Of a stretch of DNA of 64,000 nt, positions 14,653-28,859 are shown in pieces (the stretch's first letter is position 1; every line of letters begins with the position of its first letter). Below the pieces are notes generated by a model that did not search any database, had not been told where the DNA came from, and worked only from the letters and a program-made list of their open reading frames with translations. This stretch comes from Octopus vulgaris (taxonomy: Eukaryota): positions 43,028,001 through 43,092,000 of the forward strand of contig OX597823.1 in NCBI GenBank assembly GCA_951406725.2. The letters are read 5' to 3'. The translations under genes and the position numbers were made by a program.

Positions 14653-15024
14653 ACGACTGTGCAGAATAAAAAAAATTCTGATTAAAAACAATCAAAAATT
14701 TTCAAACGATACTGTCCGTATCGTCTGCAAATTTGCAAATTATCGCCCCTTGTATCGTCTGACATATTTGTTTATATTCTTGAGTGCCCGTTTTCCGTTT
14801 GTTTTATTTTTTAGTATAGCATATTTAAAAATGTATGAATCTTTCTAATTGATTGTGCACATCATTTATTTTGTATATATTTTCCATTTTCATAACTTTT
14901 TTTTAAATTGCATTTCACCTTCTAATTGAGGTGCGTTTCTAAAGGAGCTACACAGAAACAATCGGGGGGCAGGGAGTGGGGCTGCAAGAAATTCATAACT
15001 TATCAATTTTTTTTTTATAGCATA

Positions 15025-15556
15025 CTAGCAGTATCGTCCGGCGTTGCTCGGGTTTGTAAGGGAAATAACTATATAAGCATTTTTAGAGAGTTATAGCAAA
15101 AAAATGCATTAAAAATGGAATAAAAAATGATGATAATTTTTTTTTTAAATCGTTGACTCAGTGTCTTCAAGCCATGAAGTCGTTGTTCTAAAAGAACGCT
15201 GGTCTACTTGACAACGCATTACGACGTTGATTTCCTTACACTCCCTTCCCCACAGCTTCACGAGGTAGGGAAGGAGTGGGAGAAGCAAACAGGTGCAGGC
15301 GTGAGCGTGGACGCCAACTCCGCCGCCATCGACACACGAAAAATTATGCATTAAAATGGAATAAAAAATGATGTTAAATTATTTTTTAAATCGTAGACTC
15401 ATCGTAGACGCGCGCTAATAGCCAGACGGGCTCGATATGAATCACGACTATAAGATACCCGAATTTGGTTAAACTGCACCGCAAAATGTGGGAGTAGTTA
15501 GGAATCTAAATCGAAGGGGACAGACACTCACACAACTACAGTTTTATATATATAGA
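15025..15556 (-). mobile_element. Non-autonomous Helitron
   Basis: Minus strand begins TC(TATATATAT) and ends with a GC-rich hairpin (CCCGAGCAACGCCGG) followed by CTAG. Inserted between A and T with no TSD. Internal ~55-bp duplication (15103-15160 vs 15346-15401). Confidence 0.8.
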
Positions 15557-16291
15557 TATATGTACTTACGGGGGAAAATATTGAAAAACATTAATACATG
15601 CGAGAGTGATGCAGAAACGAGAAAGGTTGTCTTTGGCTGTGCTACAAACAACAGCCCAATCTCCTTTAAATCATTCACTTTTCCCTCTGAAATTATTAAC
15701 ATTTTTTTACCGAGAAGGCTCCCCTCATGGTTCTGAAGTGTAAAAAAATTGGCCAAAATAGGTCCGGAGTGAGATGAATTTTTTTAAAAAATTCAAAACT
15801 TTTTTCATACAAAGATGAAAACTCCCCACCCACCCCGCCACCCCAATGGGGAAAATCACCGACAAATAGGCTGCTGAATTGAAATCGCTGAGGGGAAGGT
15901 AAAATTTGACAACCTGCAACCCCTCCGTTGTTGGACTACCGTAATGTTCATTTAAAAAAGAGATTATGACCGTGATAAAATAATGAAAGCAGTATTTACT
16001 AAGTAAGTAAGCAATATTACAAAGAGAAATAATTAGCTGATAGTAGACTGGAAAAGATAATCCTCCTTGAAGTATTCTACAACCAACATATCGCAGAGAA
16101 TCTCGCTATATCATTTCCCCTTGAATCTCCCTTGAATATAATATCTGAACTGATCCATTTCTCTGTATATAAATATATATATATATTATTTTTGTGTGTA
16201 TATATATATGTCTATGCCGATGTGTGTATATGGTGAACTGTATTTGTAGATCAACTGAAAGTTGCTGTATATCGACATATATGTCTCTATA

Positions 16292-16330
<39 letters not shown>

Positions 16331-16382
16331 ATATATATATAATAATGTTAATAATAGGAAGCGACACCTACTGGCTGGCTAC

Positions 16383-16424
16383 GCTGCATTGAAAAGGGGC
16401 AATACCCCGAAACGCGTCTGTAGC
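16383..16424 (+). ncRNA. Minimal type I hammerhead ribozyme, U3:A8 core variant
   Basis: gctgca-TTGAAAA-gggg caata cccc-GAA-acgcgt-C-tgtagc: stem I 6 bp, stem II 4 bp, palindromic stem III, GUC site. Confidence 0.75.
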
Positions 16425-16676
16425 TGCCGGTCAAGTAGTGTGGAGCGACTGACCTCCCTTGTTCGAAGGTTATATGGATACAGTTTGTGTATCAAATAGC
16501 TAACTTAAGGCGATGGCCTCATGGAGCTAATAAGCGGACAGCTTTATTCTTATTTTTATAAGAATGCCATATTAGTATGGCGATAAATATTATTTTCCGG
16601 GAACGCTGCCGCTGTTCTCTTTTAGAGAGACTTAGTAATTTTAATATTTCTATTATATATATATATATATACACAC

Positions 16677-16725
<49 letters not shown>

Positions 16726-17899
16726 ATAGGTACAAGTTCCTACTTTAAAGGATTAGTAAGCAGTAAATAGTTATATAGTTGACCTGTTCACTTATGCTAA
16801 AACATGAAATACCAACGGACAGCATCATGCATTCTACGTGTTTTAAGTCCAACAGCCACCTCCCTATATCTCGGGTGCCGTATTACTCTTCATCATAATA
16901 CCTTTTCCCCACTTATTTGAATATTTACATTCTATACGTCCATTCATAAATTTTTAAATCTCTACATTTATACATCCTTGGTTGCCTTTTAATGTTTATA
17001 AAATTTTGTGTATATTCTAAATTTCTGTTCTGATTCTCGCTAAAATTTATCGGTTTAGTAAAACAAAATGTTACTGATTACAATTCAAATCTTCAATTAT
17101 TGCAAAATAATCATACGGCACATTATATACTTACCGTTTAATTTCTTTGTATTCTTAGAGTTTACATGTATTGCATTATATATTCTCCATGCATATATCT
17201 TTTATTATTGAGCAATCCGTATACCAATATATTTGCAGAATTAAGACATTAGCCTAAGCTTGTGAGCATCAATGTATTCATATCTCTGTGCCATGAAATT
17301 ACGTAATTTTATATTTTATATTTGCATATTTTTGTACATTTGTATATTTGCATTTTTTGTATATTTTCTTTTCATGCTGCGTTGACATACATGTGTTCAT
17401 GTGTCTGCATTTACATATATTTGCATATAAGTGCACACATTTATATACAGGTTTATGAGTATGTATATAAACGTTCAGAGGACACGACTACACATGAATA
17501 TTCATGTTCATAGAGAGAGGACGTGTACATGCATGCATACCTAACTCTGAAGATATGTCTATGCAAATGTGTGTGTGTGTTTTGTGAGTGTGTGTATGTG
17601 TGAGGTCTGTGTGTGTGTATGTACTGAACTGTATTTATAGATCAACTAAGTGTAAATGACGGCAAGTTACTGTATGTTCACATATGTGTGTGTATGTGGG
17701 AGGTATGTCTCTATATATGCACATGTGCGCACACAGATATTTATGTAGGAGTTTGAATAATTATAAATATGTGTGTGTATATAGATGTGAATGTCTCTCT
17801 TTCTGTTTTACAAACTTTAGTAAATGTATGTACTTACATACGTATGTATGTGTGCATGTATATATGTACGTAAGATCGCTTGTATGTATGTCATTATTC

Positions 17900-18880
17900 A
17901 GTTTATTTTAAGATTTCTTGCCAATAGAGAAAGAATAGGTTTCTAACCTAGCTCCAAGGTTCCTTCATTGGAATTTCAACATCACAAACAGGGTATTTTT
18001 TTTGTTTGTGTGTATGTGTGCGTGTGTATGTATATATGTATGTATCTATCTATGTATGTATGTGCAAATTTGTATGTTTTATGTACATATTTTCATGCAT
18101 ATAGTTGCATATCTAGATATGCTTATATATACTTAAATGATAAACTTGTTGAAGTTTTTACAGATATTTATAGTTCCAGTGATGGAATGGACCTGTAGTC
18201 TTCGAATTAGCTTTCTCTGTTCTGCTTAACTTAACTTAACTTAAACGTAAATTCTCAAGATTGGTATCTAGGCAATGTGCTACATATCCCAGGGTCCTAA
18301 TAATTACAGGTATAAACCTGAATTTGTTATCTGGATAGAGTAACTGCAGATTTCTCAATGTTTCAGTATGGGTGTTCTCTTTTTCACTGATCTTCTGCTT
18401 TATGTTAACATCCGCTAGGCAGCAGGTTTCCACAACTGTGTACAGTTTCTCTTCCTTATCCCAAATGATTATATCAGGTCTGTTGTGCTTACATATTGTT
18501 GAGGCCTTCACTGATACATTCCACCAGTATTCCTTTCTATTATGAGTGGCTATGGCTTCTACCACATTGTGGGGTTTTATTTCTTTGTCCTCGGGTTTAT
18601 CCTTCCAATGAATTTCATTAATTCATTATAAAGTGTCCTAGCTACCCCTCATCAGTAGATGAACCGTGATGACATTTTCGGATAACAGCTTATAATGCGT
18701 GTGATATATTTAGTGTGAATTCCACAAAGTCTGCGTCGGTTGTCACATTTGACGGGTGTTCCTGCATCGTTATCCCAGTTGTGCATGAAGGTACTTGGCT
18801 GATATTTCCTGTTCCTGGTTTGCAAACGCATATCCTTCAAAGTGGGACGTAGTAATCCGGATATTCGTCCATTATAAACA
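17900..18880 (-). mobile_element. R2-group (R4/Dong/Hero-like) LINE 3' fragment with restriction-like endonuclease
   Basis: WWNVSVK...HNRPDIIIWDKEEK...VVET...FIPVII.TLG (PD-(D/E)xK RLE) and a degenerate CCHC knuckle (RRLCG..ITRIISC). A microsatellite interrupts the 3' UTR and the boundaries are approximate. Confidence 0.8.
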
Positions 18881-19079
18881 GCTGTATACATATTATGTAT
18901 GCAAATGTATGTGTATATATATATATGCAAATATGTACATGCCGTATATGCATATAGTACACACATATACACACACACATATATATATGTACATATATAT
19001 AGTTATATATATATGTGTGTGTGTGTGTATACATGCATACATACATCCATACATACATACATACATATATAAACTCATT

Positions 19080-19378
19080 CTTCTCTTCTTTTATTCTTTT
19101 ACCGAACCCCTAATTTGCAGAGACGTAAACACACCAGCAACGGTTTTCAGGTGATGGGGGCAATCACAAATACACAAATTCATATATATGCAGACACACA
19201 GACAGACATATATACGACGGGCTTCTTTCAGTTTCCGCCTACCAAATCCGCTCACATGGCTTTGGTCGGCCCGATTCTATAGTAGAAACCATTGCCCAAG
19301 TTTTCAAGGAGTGGAACTGAATCCGGAACTATGTGGTAAGGGAAGCAGGCTTTCTTACAGCACAGCCATTCATGTGCC
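19080..19378 (-). mobile_element. tRNA-derived SINE, family A (copy 3)
   Basis: Reverse-complement similarity (ttgggcaa..tttctactatag...ccgaccaaagcc...gatttggtaggcggaaactgaaagaagcccgtcg). Confidence 0.75.
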
Positions 19379-19379
19379 T

Positions 19380-19434
<55 letters not shown>

Positions 19435-19541
19435 GTATTAATTAAGAAATAGCCAAATTTTTGGCTGCTATTTCTTAAAAGCTCGGTGTGGGGTAAATTG
19501 ACTTTTTTTACTTTACCATATTTTTATAAATTAATACTTCA

Positions 19542-19597
<56 letters not shown>

Positions 19598-20479
19598 GTA
19601 CATAGATACATACATACATATGCATGTATATAAGTGTATACATAGAAGCATATTATATATGCGCATAGGCACTATTTGGCATGTATATTAATATAACTAA
19701 TATATATGTACGCTATTTTTCCATACATACATACATACATACATACATAACATCATAAGATTTGGAAGGCAGCTCCTTGAGCAACACTCTTTGTCTGATA
19801 ACCTAGAATACATGCCCAAAGGAGTCGCACGACTCTACCGCAACATATCATGAGATGAAAGGATAAGCCTATATGAGCAGAAGACTATGCATGCATATAT
19901 TAGTAGAAAGCTCCATGATGATAGTAACATCGATCATCAAAGCTATTTATAATTATTTATTTCTTGACCTTAGCGACAAATATGGGTGTGCGTTAGAGAC
20001 ATAGAGAGAGGACGAGCGAGACAGAGAGAGAGAAAGGGAATGAAAGACAGAATTAGGGAATTCTGAAATGAAGTAATATTGAAAGAAATATGAAGACTGT
20101 AAATAAATATAAATTGATGGAAGGGGAAGGAAAATTAGAGGAGAGATTCGAGACGAAGAAAGCATAACAAAAGGACTGAAACAGAAAGAGCAAGATATAT
20201 CAGTTATGTTGAAATAAGGCGAATCCTAAAATGAGTATATGAGCCAGAAATAGAGGGTAAAAATGGGAGCGAAAGAGTAATTGGGAGAGAGAGAGAGAGA
20301 GAGAGAAATAGAAAGAGAAAGGATAAGATAGAGGGCGAGAGTGATATCAGCGGCAAATTAATTAGAAACACAACTTCAAAATTTTAGCGGAGTGATTCGA
20401 TTTTATAAAATAAATTGGAAGTGATATTTAAAGCATTATGGACGATGATAGAAACCTCACTATTGTCGATATTGTAAAT

Positions 20480-20933
20480 GGTGGTGGTAGTGGTTGAAGC
20501 CGTAGCGTCGTCGTCGTCATTGTCGCCGTAGTAGTAGCAGTAGTTGTTGTTGTTGTTGTTGTTGTTGTTGCTGTTGTTGCAATGGTGGTGGTTTTGGTGG
20601 TGGTCTTCCTCATTATCGTCTTTATTGTGATAGTGACGGTATTGCTGATGGTGATCGCCGCGGCGGGGGCGGTTGTGACAGTGCTGGTGTGCTGGTTGGG
20701 GTTTTCGTTTTGATTATATCGGTGGTTGTGGAGTGTGTGTGTGTGTGTGTGTGTGCGTGGTGTGTGTGGTAGTTCCCGGAAGTGTGGAAGTTGGCACGGA
20801 CTGCTGAGAAATAATGGTGATGGTGATAGACGCGGTGGTAGAGAAGGGTAGTGGTGTTGATGGTGGTAGTTTTGTTTGTGGGGATGGTAATGGCAGTGGG
20901 GTGTTATTGAAAGAGGGCGTCATAGGTGACAGT

Positions 20934-20965
<32 letters not shown>

Positions 20966-21060
20966 TGGTGGTGGTGGTGGTGGTGGTGGTGGTGGTCGTG
21001 ATGATGGTTGTGATGGTGCTTGTTACGTTGAAAGTGGGCGTCATTGGTGATGGTGGTGTC
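20480..21060. repeat. Compound trinucleotide low-complexity region (GGT/GTT/GTC/GAT)
   Basis: Direct inspection. Confidence 0.8.
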
Positions 21061-21540
21061 GATGGAGGTGGGCCAAGCGTGTTAGCGTTAGAGTTAATGC
21101 AGTTTTGACAATGTAAAACACGCTAAAAACAACATAAATAATAAAACAAGTAAGAAAAAATTTCGAAGAGACGGAAATGACAAAATGATCGGAAGTAGAA
21201 AGGAGAGGATGGTGAAGAAAGGGATGTGAAAATAAAATAAGATTGTGGTGGGTGGTTCTGCAAATGTTTATGACTACTCACGTTTAAACGAGAATATTCA
21301 GTGTCGTCGATGAAAATCCCCAACTTAAATCTTACGATTGTTTAACGCTTCACTACCAAAAACAGTTTTGTTTTCGTTTTTACATGCCAACAAGAGAGCA
21401 TCTATGTGGCTGTTTGACGAAAATTGAGATGTTCTGTCACAGCCGTCTTGGCGCCGCTGATTCGATACCGACTTATTTGACATCAGACGATTTAATGTTT
21501 TTACTTCATTCAAATGCTTCTCTCTCTCTATATATATATA

Positions 21541-21692
21541 TATATCCCTCTCTCTTTCTCTCTATCCCTCTCTCTCTCTATCCCTCTCTCTCTCTCTATC
21601 CCTCTCTCTCTCTCTATCCCTCTCTCTATCTCTATCCCTCTCTCTCTCTCTATCCCTCTCTCTCTCTATCCCTCTCTCTCTCTCCATCCCTC
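21541..21692. repeat. ~18-bp minisatellite TATCCC(TC)6
   Basis: About 8 tandem units. Confidence 0.85.
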
Positions 21693-21805
21693 TGATCTCC
21701 TTTTCACCGTTTCTTTTTCTTTTGTATGTCTGTATGAGCATCTAGTTCTATTTGTATATGTGAGCAGTTAGATGAATGTAATATCTCTCACCCTCCCTCA
21801 CACTG

Positions 21806-21843
<38 letters not shown>

Positions 21844-24636
21844 ATTATCTCTATCTATATGTGTGTGTATCTACGAGTGAGTGCGTGTATGTGTTTACCT
21901 CTTGTGCCAAACCTACAATTGCCACTTCAAGTTGAATGTCCAGTCGGTCGTGTCAAATCATCTGCATCCAAACAGCCATGCCAAACAAACTCATTCTGTT
22001 ACTTGACCTGTTATAAGTGACAGTTAAATCTTCCTCACACCATAACCTACCGTCTTAGAAACAGGTAAGTCTAGATTAGATCAAATAGTCTTTTATATCG
22101 GTAAAAAGTTGTGATGGTTACAAATGAAATACCAGCGATCATGAGTCTATTCCATCGAGATTGAGATTTAGTCAAGTTTTGAAATCAAATAATAATTCAT
22201 GGAATGAATGCAGAAGACCAAGAATTCATGCAATGACGTATATATTCATTTTAAATCATTTTGGCAGATTCGAACGTGAATATCCACTCGATGCTGTTGT
22301 TATTCATCAGAGAACACCTACTCCTTTTAGAAAAGTGTCTTCATAAGACAGCTGGTTATTCAGTATAAGGGGACTTTGAAACTCTGCAGTGTTTCGACCT
22401 CATTGTGTTTCTCCTCAGTCAATGCTATCCCACCAGACGAATCTGATAGGAGTTTGAGCTGTTGTTTATGGAAATCAACAAACAAAATATCTGTTGACGG
22501 ATTCAGGGTTGCATGTTGTCGCCTTCCCGTTCCACAATTTTTATGAACAGAATTGACATGTACAGCCATGATGGAAATGATATCAGAACTGTCACGTGTC
22601 GAATCAACAACACATTAAAAACACGATATGGGGAAAATTTGTTTTTAAAGATAATAAAGTTTGCTCCGCCGAGAGTATGAGATACTTTCAAACAGCCATT
22701 TTAACGCTGCCTATTTGGCATCACTAATTCGAGTCTGACTTATTTGACATCAACCATTTGAATGTTTCTCTGGTTTTAATGTTCCTCTCGTTTTAGCATT
22801 TCGCTCATTCTCTCTCTTCCTCTTCCTTTCTTACCCTTTTTGCATGCGCATATTTCTTCCGGCACCTATGCATGTATTTGTCTCTAGTTCCAGAACGTAC
22901 TGTCGCCAAAACAGTCAGCTGCGTCAAATCATCAACGTCCAAATAGGTACGCCCAAATGTCTCATTCCGCTCTGTCAAAGGACCAAGAAACCATAAAGCC
23001 AACCGAATTTACCCCCAAATACCAACATTACGAATATGAAAAGCCTTTTCCTTAAAGTGTTCCAGTGAGACAGTCAAACATACCACTAAACAATTTTTAA
23101 AAAACCAAGGGAAGGTATAGCTGTTATACAATTAAATATGAAGCATTTATCAAATCGCCACATTTCTGAAAGGAGGTAAAATTTATTGAAACAAAAGAAA
23201 AGTTGCTGAAGAAGAATAGAGTTACGAAACACCACGATAAAAATAAGAATATATTTCAGTTTAATTCATGTAATAAAGTAAAGGACTAAAATAAATGGTG
23301 GGGGCAGGGGGACAAATGAATTTGCCTGATAATCCACTACAATAACAAGAGTTTAGAAAGATTCATAAATGTTCTTCGGAACGATACAATAGTGTTTTCC
23401 CTTTGCCTTCGGCCGGATTATTAACTGTTTATTCTGCTGGTATTCTGCTCTAGCAAACTTAGTGTGGCATGTTTAAACAAAGGGACTGGTTTTCCACGTG
23501 GCATTAGGAAATGTCAGCATACCCCTAAGCGTGTGTGATACATGTGTAGGTTCCAGCACTACTCCGACTCCTGTATATCTATGTCTTAGCGATATATGTT
23601 GTGTCTCGTTATTTCCACACCCGCCAGTTTTGATATCACTTGCGCTTGTCAATCCGGTTCATAAAGATTATGATGTCCGTAAGTGACCATGTATACCGCC
23701 TCTGGCTAAGTCCAACATCCGTGAATCATGCTTGCTATTAAGACTTGCTATTAAGACGCATAAAGTAACTCTTGAAATTTATGATCAGCAAGAACCAAAG
23801 CAAACCTGGAAGTAGTGGATTCGAAGAGGTAATTCCGTTCTTCACTAAAATTCTTGAACTGTGTAATCTATGTCTTACCATCGAGTGCAACTCAATGACT
23901 TACTCGGTACAAAATTACATATTATTATATTTTAAATAATAAAATTGAATTGAAGAGTGAAAGTTCTTTAAATTTATTGCAAATTTACAAAACATTATAT
24001 CATTTTAGATTGTATTTTTCCTATTTTATAGAATTTGAAATTAGTCTGTCCGTTTCTTGAAAGTAGATAATAGGATGAGATATATTCTAAATAAAATTAT
24101 TTTGACCTCACAATAACACTAAATATATATATATAATACCTACAGATATACATATATGTATATGTATATACATATAAATATATATATATATACACATATA
24201 TATATATATATATACATAAGTAGATGGAGAGAGTAAGAGGAATGAGAGTGAGAGTGAGAAAGAGAGAGAGAGAGGTAGAATTCAACAATGCTCTTCAAGA
24301 GTTAAATCTCTACTGTTAAGAGATACTTAAAATGAAACCCAAACAAACAGGAATTTCTACACACAAACAAGAAAATAATATTCTCTGCTTATTGACAGTA
24401 TTGTAAAGAAAGCTATTTAATTGGACCTATCATATACATAACAATAGACATTGTTAAAAGTGAAAAAAAAATAGTATAAAAATCATAGATCTGGCATTCA
24501 ACAATACTCTTGATCTATACATATATCAAGTGAACGGGAATTATTGTATGTTGTTCAACATTGATTAAACACTTTTCCGTTTTGAGAGACAGTAAAATTA
24601 TGCTTCACAATACTACTTTTATCAATATCATTATTA

Positions 24637-24732
<96 letters not shown>

Positions 24733-25190
24733 TATTATTATTTTGTTGTTGTTATAATTATTATTTTTATTATCATTATTATTATTGTTATTAATATTGT
24801 CAAAAGTAGCACTAACAGCTCCATTTTCTTTTACAATTTTTAAAATTATATACTTATCTTCTTTTTCATGAATATGACTGTGATGATGATTACAGCCATT
24901 CATATCATTTATATCATCATCACCACCACCACCACCACCACCACCACCATCACCACCACCAAAATCGTCGTCATTATCATTATCCTTCTCGTATCGACAT
25001 CGTCGAGATAATAATCATTACCCGCCACCAACACCACCGCACTGCAGTCCCCTTTTATAATCATCGTCATCGTTTTAATTCCCGAAAACAATAGACAGCT
25101 AAGAAACAAAACAAAAAAATAAAGAAAGAAATAATATATTCAAATTCAAGTCGTTTGTATTGCTGTAAATATTTACTTATGTGTTTTCAG

Positions 25191-25280
25191 CGTCGTTCTC
25201 TTCAACAGAAAATAACACAGAAGAGGCACAGCAAACACAGAAGCGTTTATTGCAAAGAAGAGCACAAATATGGTTCGCAT
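25191..25280 (+). other. Candidate 90-nt phase-1/1 exon of an unknown host gene
   Basis: tgtgttttcag acceptor, gtatgt donor, length divisible by 3, open frame SFSSTENNTEEAQQTQKRLLQRRAQIWFA. No homology recognised. Confidence 0.2.
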
Positions 25281-25339
25281 GTATGTTCACGATCCCTATT
25301 TTATAATAATCGATGTATTTTAATTTGCTCTCTGTCCCT

Positions 25340-25414
<75 letters not shown>

Positions 25415-25455
25415 GTATGTCTGTCTGTCTATCTATCCGTCTATCTGTCTATCTG

Positions 25456-25519
<64 letters not shown>

Positions 25520-26049
25520 CCTATCTGTCTATCTATCTCTGTCTCTCGTAGAGACAGAATTTACTTGATCAAACAAATATCGACGTATTACAGAATAACC
25601 ATACGTATGTGTGTGTTTAAGTGAGTATGTTTGCGTGCGTGCTCTGCATTTCTAAGTGAGAAATATAAGCAGAAGTCGCACAGATATGAAGATAGATGCT
25701 CCATACCAGTAGACCCCAAATCAATAAGAAGAGATCAAAGACAAAGAAAAGAAGTTCCAAACTTAGGACTTATCCAACTGAACTGATATTGTATTAACAC
25801 TTTTCCATAATGTTCCTCTAATGCTGGTAAAATATATATAGATCACCGACTCCATAAAATCAATGTTACCAGAACAGGTGAACGGTGTACCACGAATAAG
25901 GTGTCGAAGCAATTGCAAGGGCAAAGTGTGATGAAGTGTTTTGCCCATGAACACAACTGCTCACGCATAAAAATATAGCTAGATGCTCATACAAATGATT
26001 ATTTATAGTGATTAAATGTGTGTGCTGTATACCAGTCGAACGATGCCAT

Positions 26050-26300
26050 CAAACTTAGATATGTTTCGGCCAAACATTACCACAGGAGCCTGATGGTATC
26101 TGTTCAAGCCAATTTAACTTTTATGGTATCATGGCCCATTCAAGTAGGGAGTGGTTGTTGACTGAGATGTATGCAGGTATAAGAGGCTCATCTGCTATTC
26201 CTTGGACAAAGTCGTTCAAATTTCGTTTTTGTAGGTGATGGGATGTTTTTCTTCTTTGATTTGTTTTGGGAAGATATTAAATAGATCATGGTCTACTAAG
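26050..26300 (-). mobile_element. 3' fragment of a CR1-group LINE related to the 53.3-56.7 kb element
   Basis: Translates FNIFPKQIKEEKHPI...LNDFVQGIADEPLIPAYISVNNHSLLEW, similar to the C-terminus of the 56.3-56.5 kb ORF. Ends CGAAACATATCTAAGTTT. Confidence 0.8.
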
Positions 26301-26306
26301 GAAAGT

Positions 26307-26690
26307 GGAGGCGCAATGGCCCAGTGGTTAGGGCAGCAGACTCGCGGTCATAGGATCGCGGTTTCGATTCCCAGACCGGGCGTTGTGAGTGTTTATTGAG
26401 CGAAAACACCTAAAGCTCCACGAGGCTCCGGCAGAGGGTGGTGGCGATCACTACTGTACTCTTTCACCACAACTTTCTCTCAATCTTACTTCCTGTTTCT
26501 GTTGTACCTGTATTTCAAAGGGCCGGCCTTGTCACTCTCTGTGTCACGATGAATATCCCCGAGAACTACGTTAAGGGTACACGTGTCTGTGGAGTGCTCA
26601 GCCACTTACACGTTAATTTCACGAGCAAGCTGTTCCGTTGATTCGGATCAACCGGAACCCTCGTCGTCGTAACCGACGGAGTGCTTCCAT
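26307..26690 (+). mobile_element. tRNA-derived SINE, family C (copy 1)
   Basis: A-box TGGCCCAGTGG, B-box GTTTCGATTCC. Head and body shared with 60257-60525. Confidence 0.8.
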
Positions 26691-27365
26691 CCCACTAAGG
26701 AAAATAAATTGTGGAAGTGAATGGGGGCATACGGTACGTGGCCTCAGCCTTGAATGAATGTAGAATCTTACGTTATGGTCATTTAGGCAATGTTGGTGGT
26801 GGTGTTGTGTGGAGGATTTGTGGCAAGTTGCTGCAGCCCTGTATGAATCCAACACCCGTGAACCAGCATGGGATTCTACTTTATCTTTGTGTTCAACCCA
26901 CCACACCATATTTCTCATTAAGAAACACGCTCGCACACATTCACGTTCACACACACACACACACGCATACATAATACATACATACATATATACATACATA
27001 CATACGTACATACATACACACATACATACGTACATACATACATACATACATACATACATACACACATAGAATGCAGCCCATTCTGGACTGTTTTCGTCTT
27101 TACACAAGATACATGCGTTAATCACCTTTACACCGACAGAGTTGGTATGTCAAACGATTTATCATTTGCATAGCAATTTCATTTAGAAATTATTTAACAC
27201 ACTTGTCTGAACTTTTCGTTCAATACAAGCGATTGTTTCATCGCATATTCAATTCTAATTAGCTTAATTTGGATGTGTCTTACAAAGTGCATCAAACAAA
27301 GGACAAACGGTAACATGTGTACGTCAACTTAAATAAACATATATACAAATATTCACACACATACA

Positions 27366-27449
<84 letters not shown>

Positions 27450-27450
27450 C

Positions 27451-27611
<161 letters not shown>

Positions 27612-27828
27612 CAAAACACTCAAACATATGTGTATATATAAATCTCTCTCCCTTTCTCTCTCTCTCTATCTGCATATATATATATATGTGTGTGTACATA
27701 TGTATGTATGCACGTATGTATTCACTCACGTACATGCACATACACATACACACATGTACACATATATGTGTGGGCCAATATATATGCCTAGTCGATAATA
27801 AAAAGTTCAACAATTCTTTCACCTGAGA

Positions 27829-27859
<31 letters not shown>

Positions 27860-27938
27860 AGCATTGTCTGACACTCAAGTATATAGAGGAGCACACACAT
27901 ATTCACACACGCAGTTATACATGTGTGTTTATGTGTGC

Positions 27939-27983
<45 letters not shown>

Positions 27984-28559
27984 GTCTTCTATTATTTCTG
28001 CTTTTCCAAATTAAAATGTAAAGTGGAACAGAAAAAACTTTTAAAACCAATCACGTGTGATGTTTGTATCCATTTTGGAGTCTAGCGTTTTAATTCTGTA
28101 ATTGAATTTTGATGTCGACTACAAATGCATCTAACATAACAATCTCGTTCTTCAACGTGTTTGCTGGTGTATGCCAATGTAACTATATCTTACACTGTCT
28201 TCATGTAACGTCTACATAGGTCATCTTATTCATGTGTGTGTTTAATGTGCGTACGAGCCATCTGTTACCGCGTATATGCTCGAACGTGAATTTTTGTATG
28301 TGTGCAACTGTTTAAGTGAGAGAAATACGTAAAATTCGTAACATCTAAATTATCATATTCAGATCTCTTAACTTATTGCTTAATTGTATGGATGCATGGT
28401 GACGTTACTCCATGGGTACTTGAATACACACTCACACACACACACATACAAATACTTGGGTTGGATGTGTTTATATATCTACCTATACGTAAATTTATTT
28501 GTATATATATACATATGCATGTAGGTATGTGTGTGTATTAAATATATATACACACACAG

Positions 28560-28625
<66 letters not shown>

Positions 28626-28859
28626 ATATACACATTTACATATATGTACATATATGAACACGCCTCCTCATATATATATATTTATAAGTAGTTGTCTGTC
28701 TTTTTTATTACTTATTATACAGGATATCAAATAGAAATTCCTTACGTACTTTAAATGCAAAGATAAAATATTATCTTTTAATGTTAAAAAGTTAGAAAAT
28801 CATAGGAAAAAATATGGCTTACCATGTCTTCTTTATTTTTTTAAATCACGCTTGAGATA

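Noticed and set aside
20814-21050. Gly-rich ORF
   Set aside because: (GGT)n microsatellite with no splice or homology support
22150-23200. Possible coding remnant on the minus strand
   Set aside because: Short ORFs with no recognisable motif
26307-26380. tRNA gene
   Set aside because: It continues into a SINE body shared with another copy and has no proper acceptor stem or terminator
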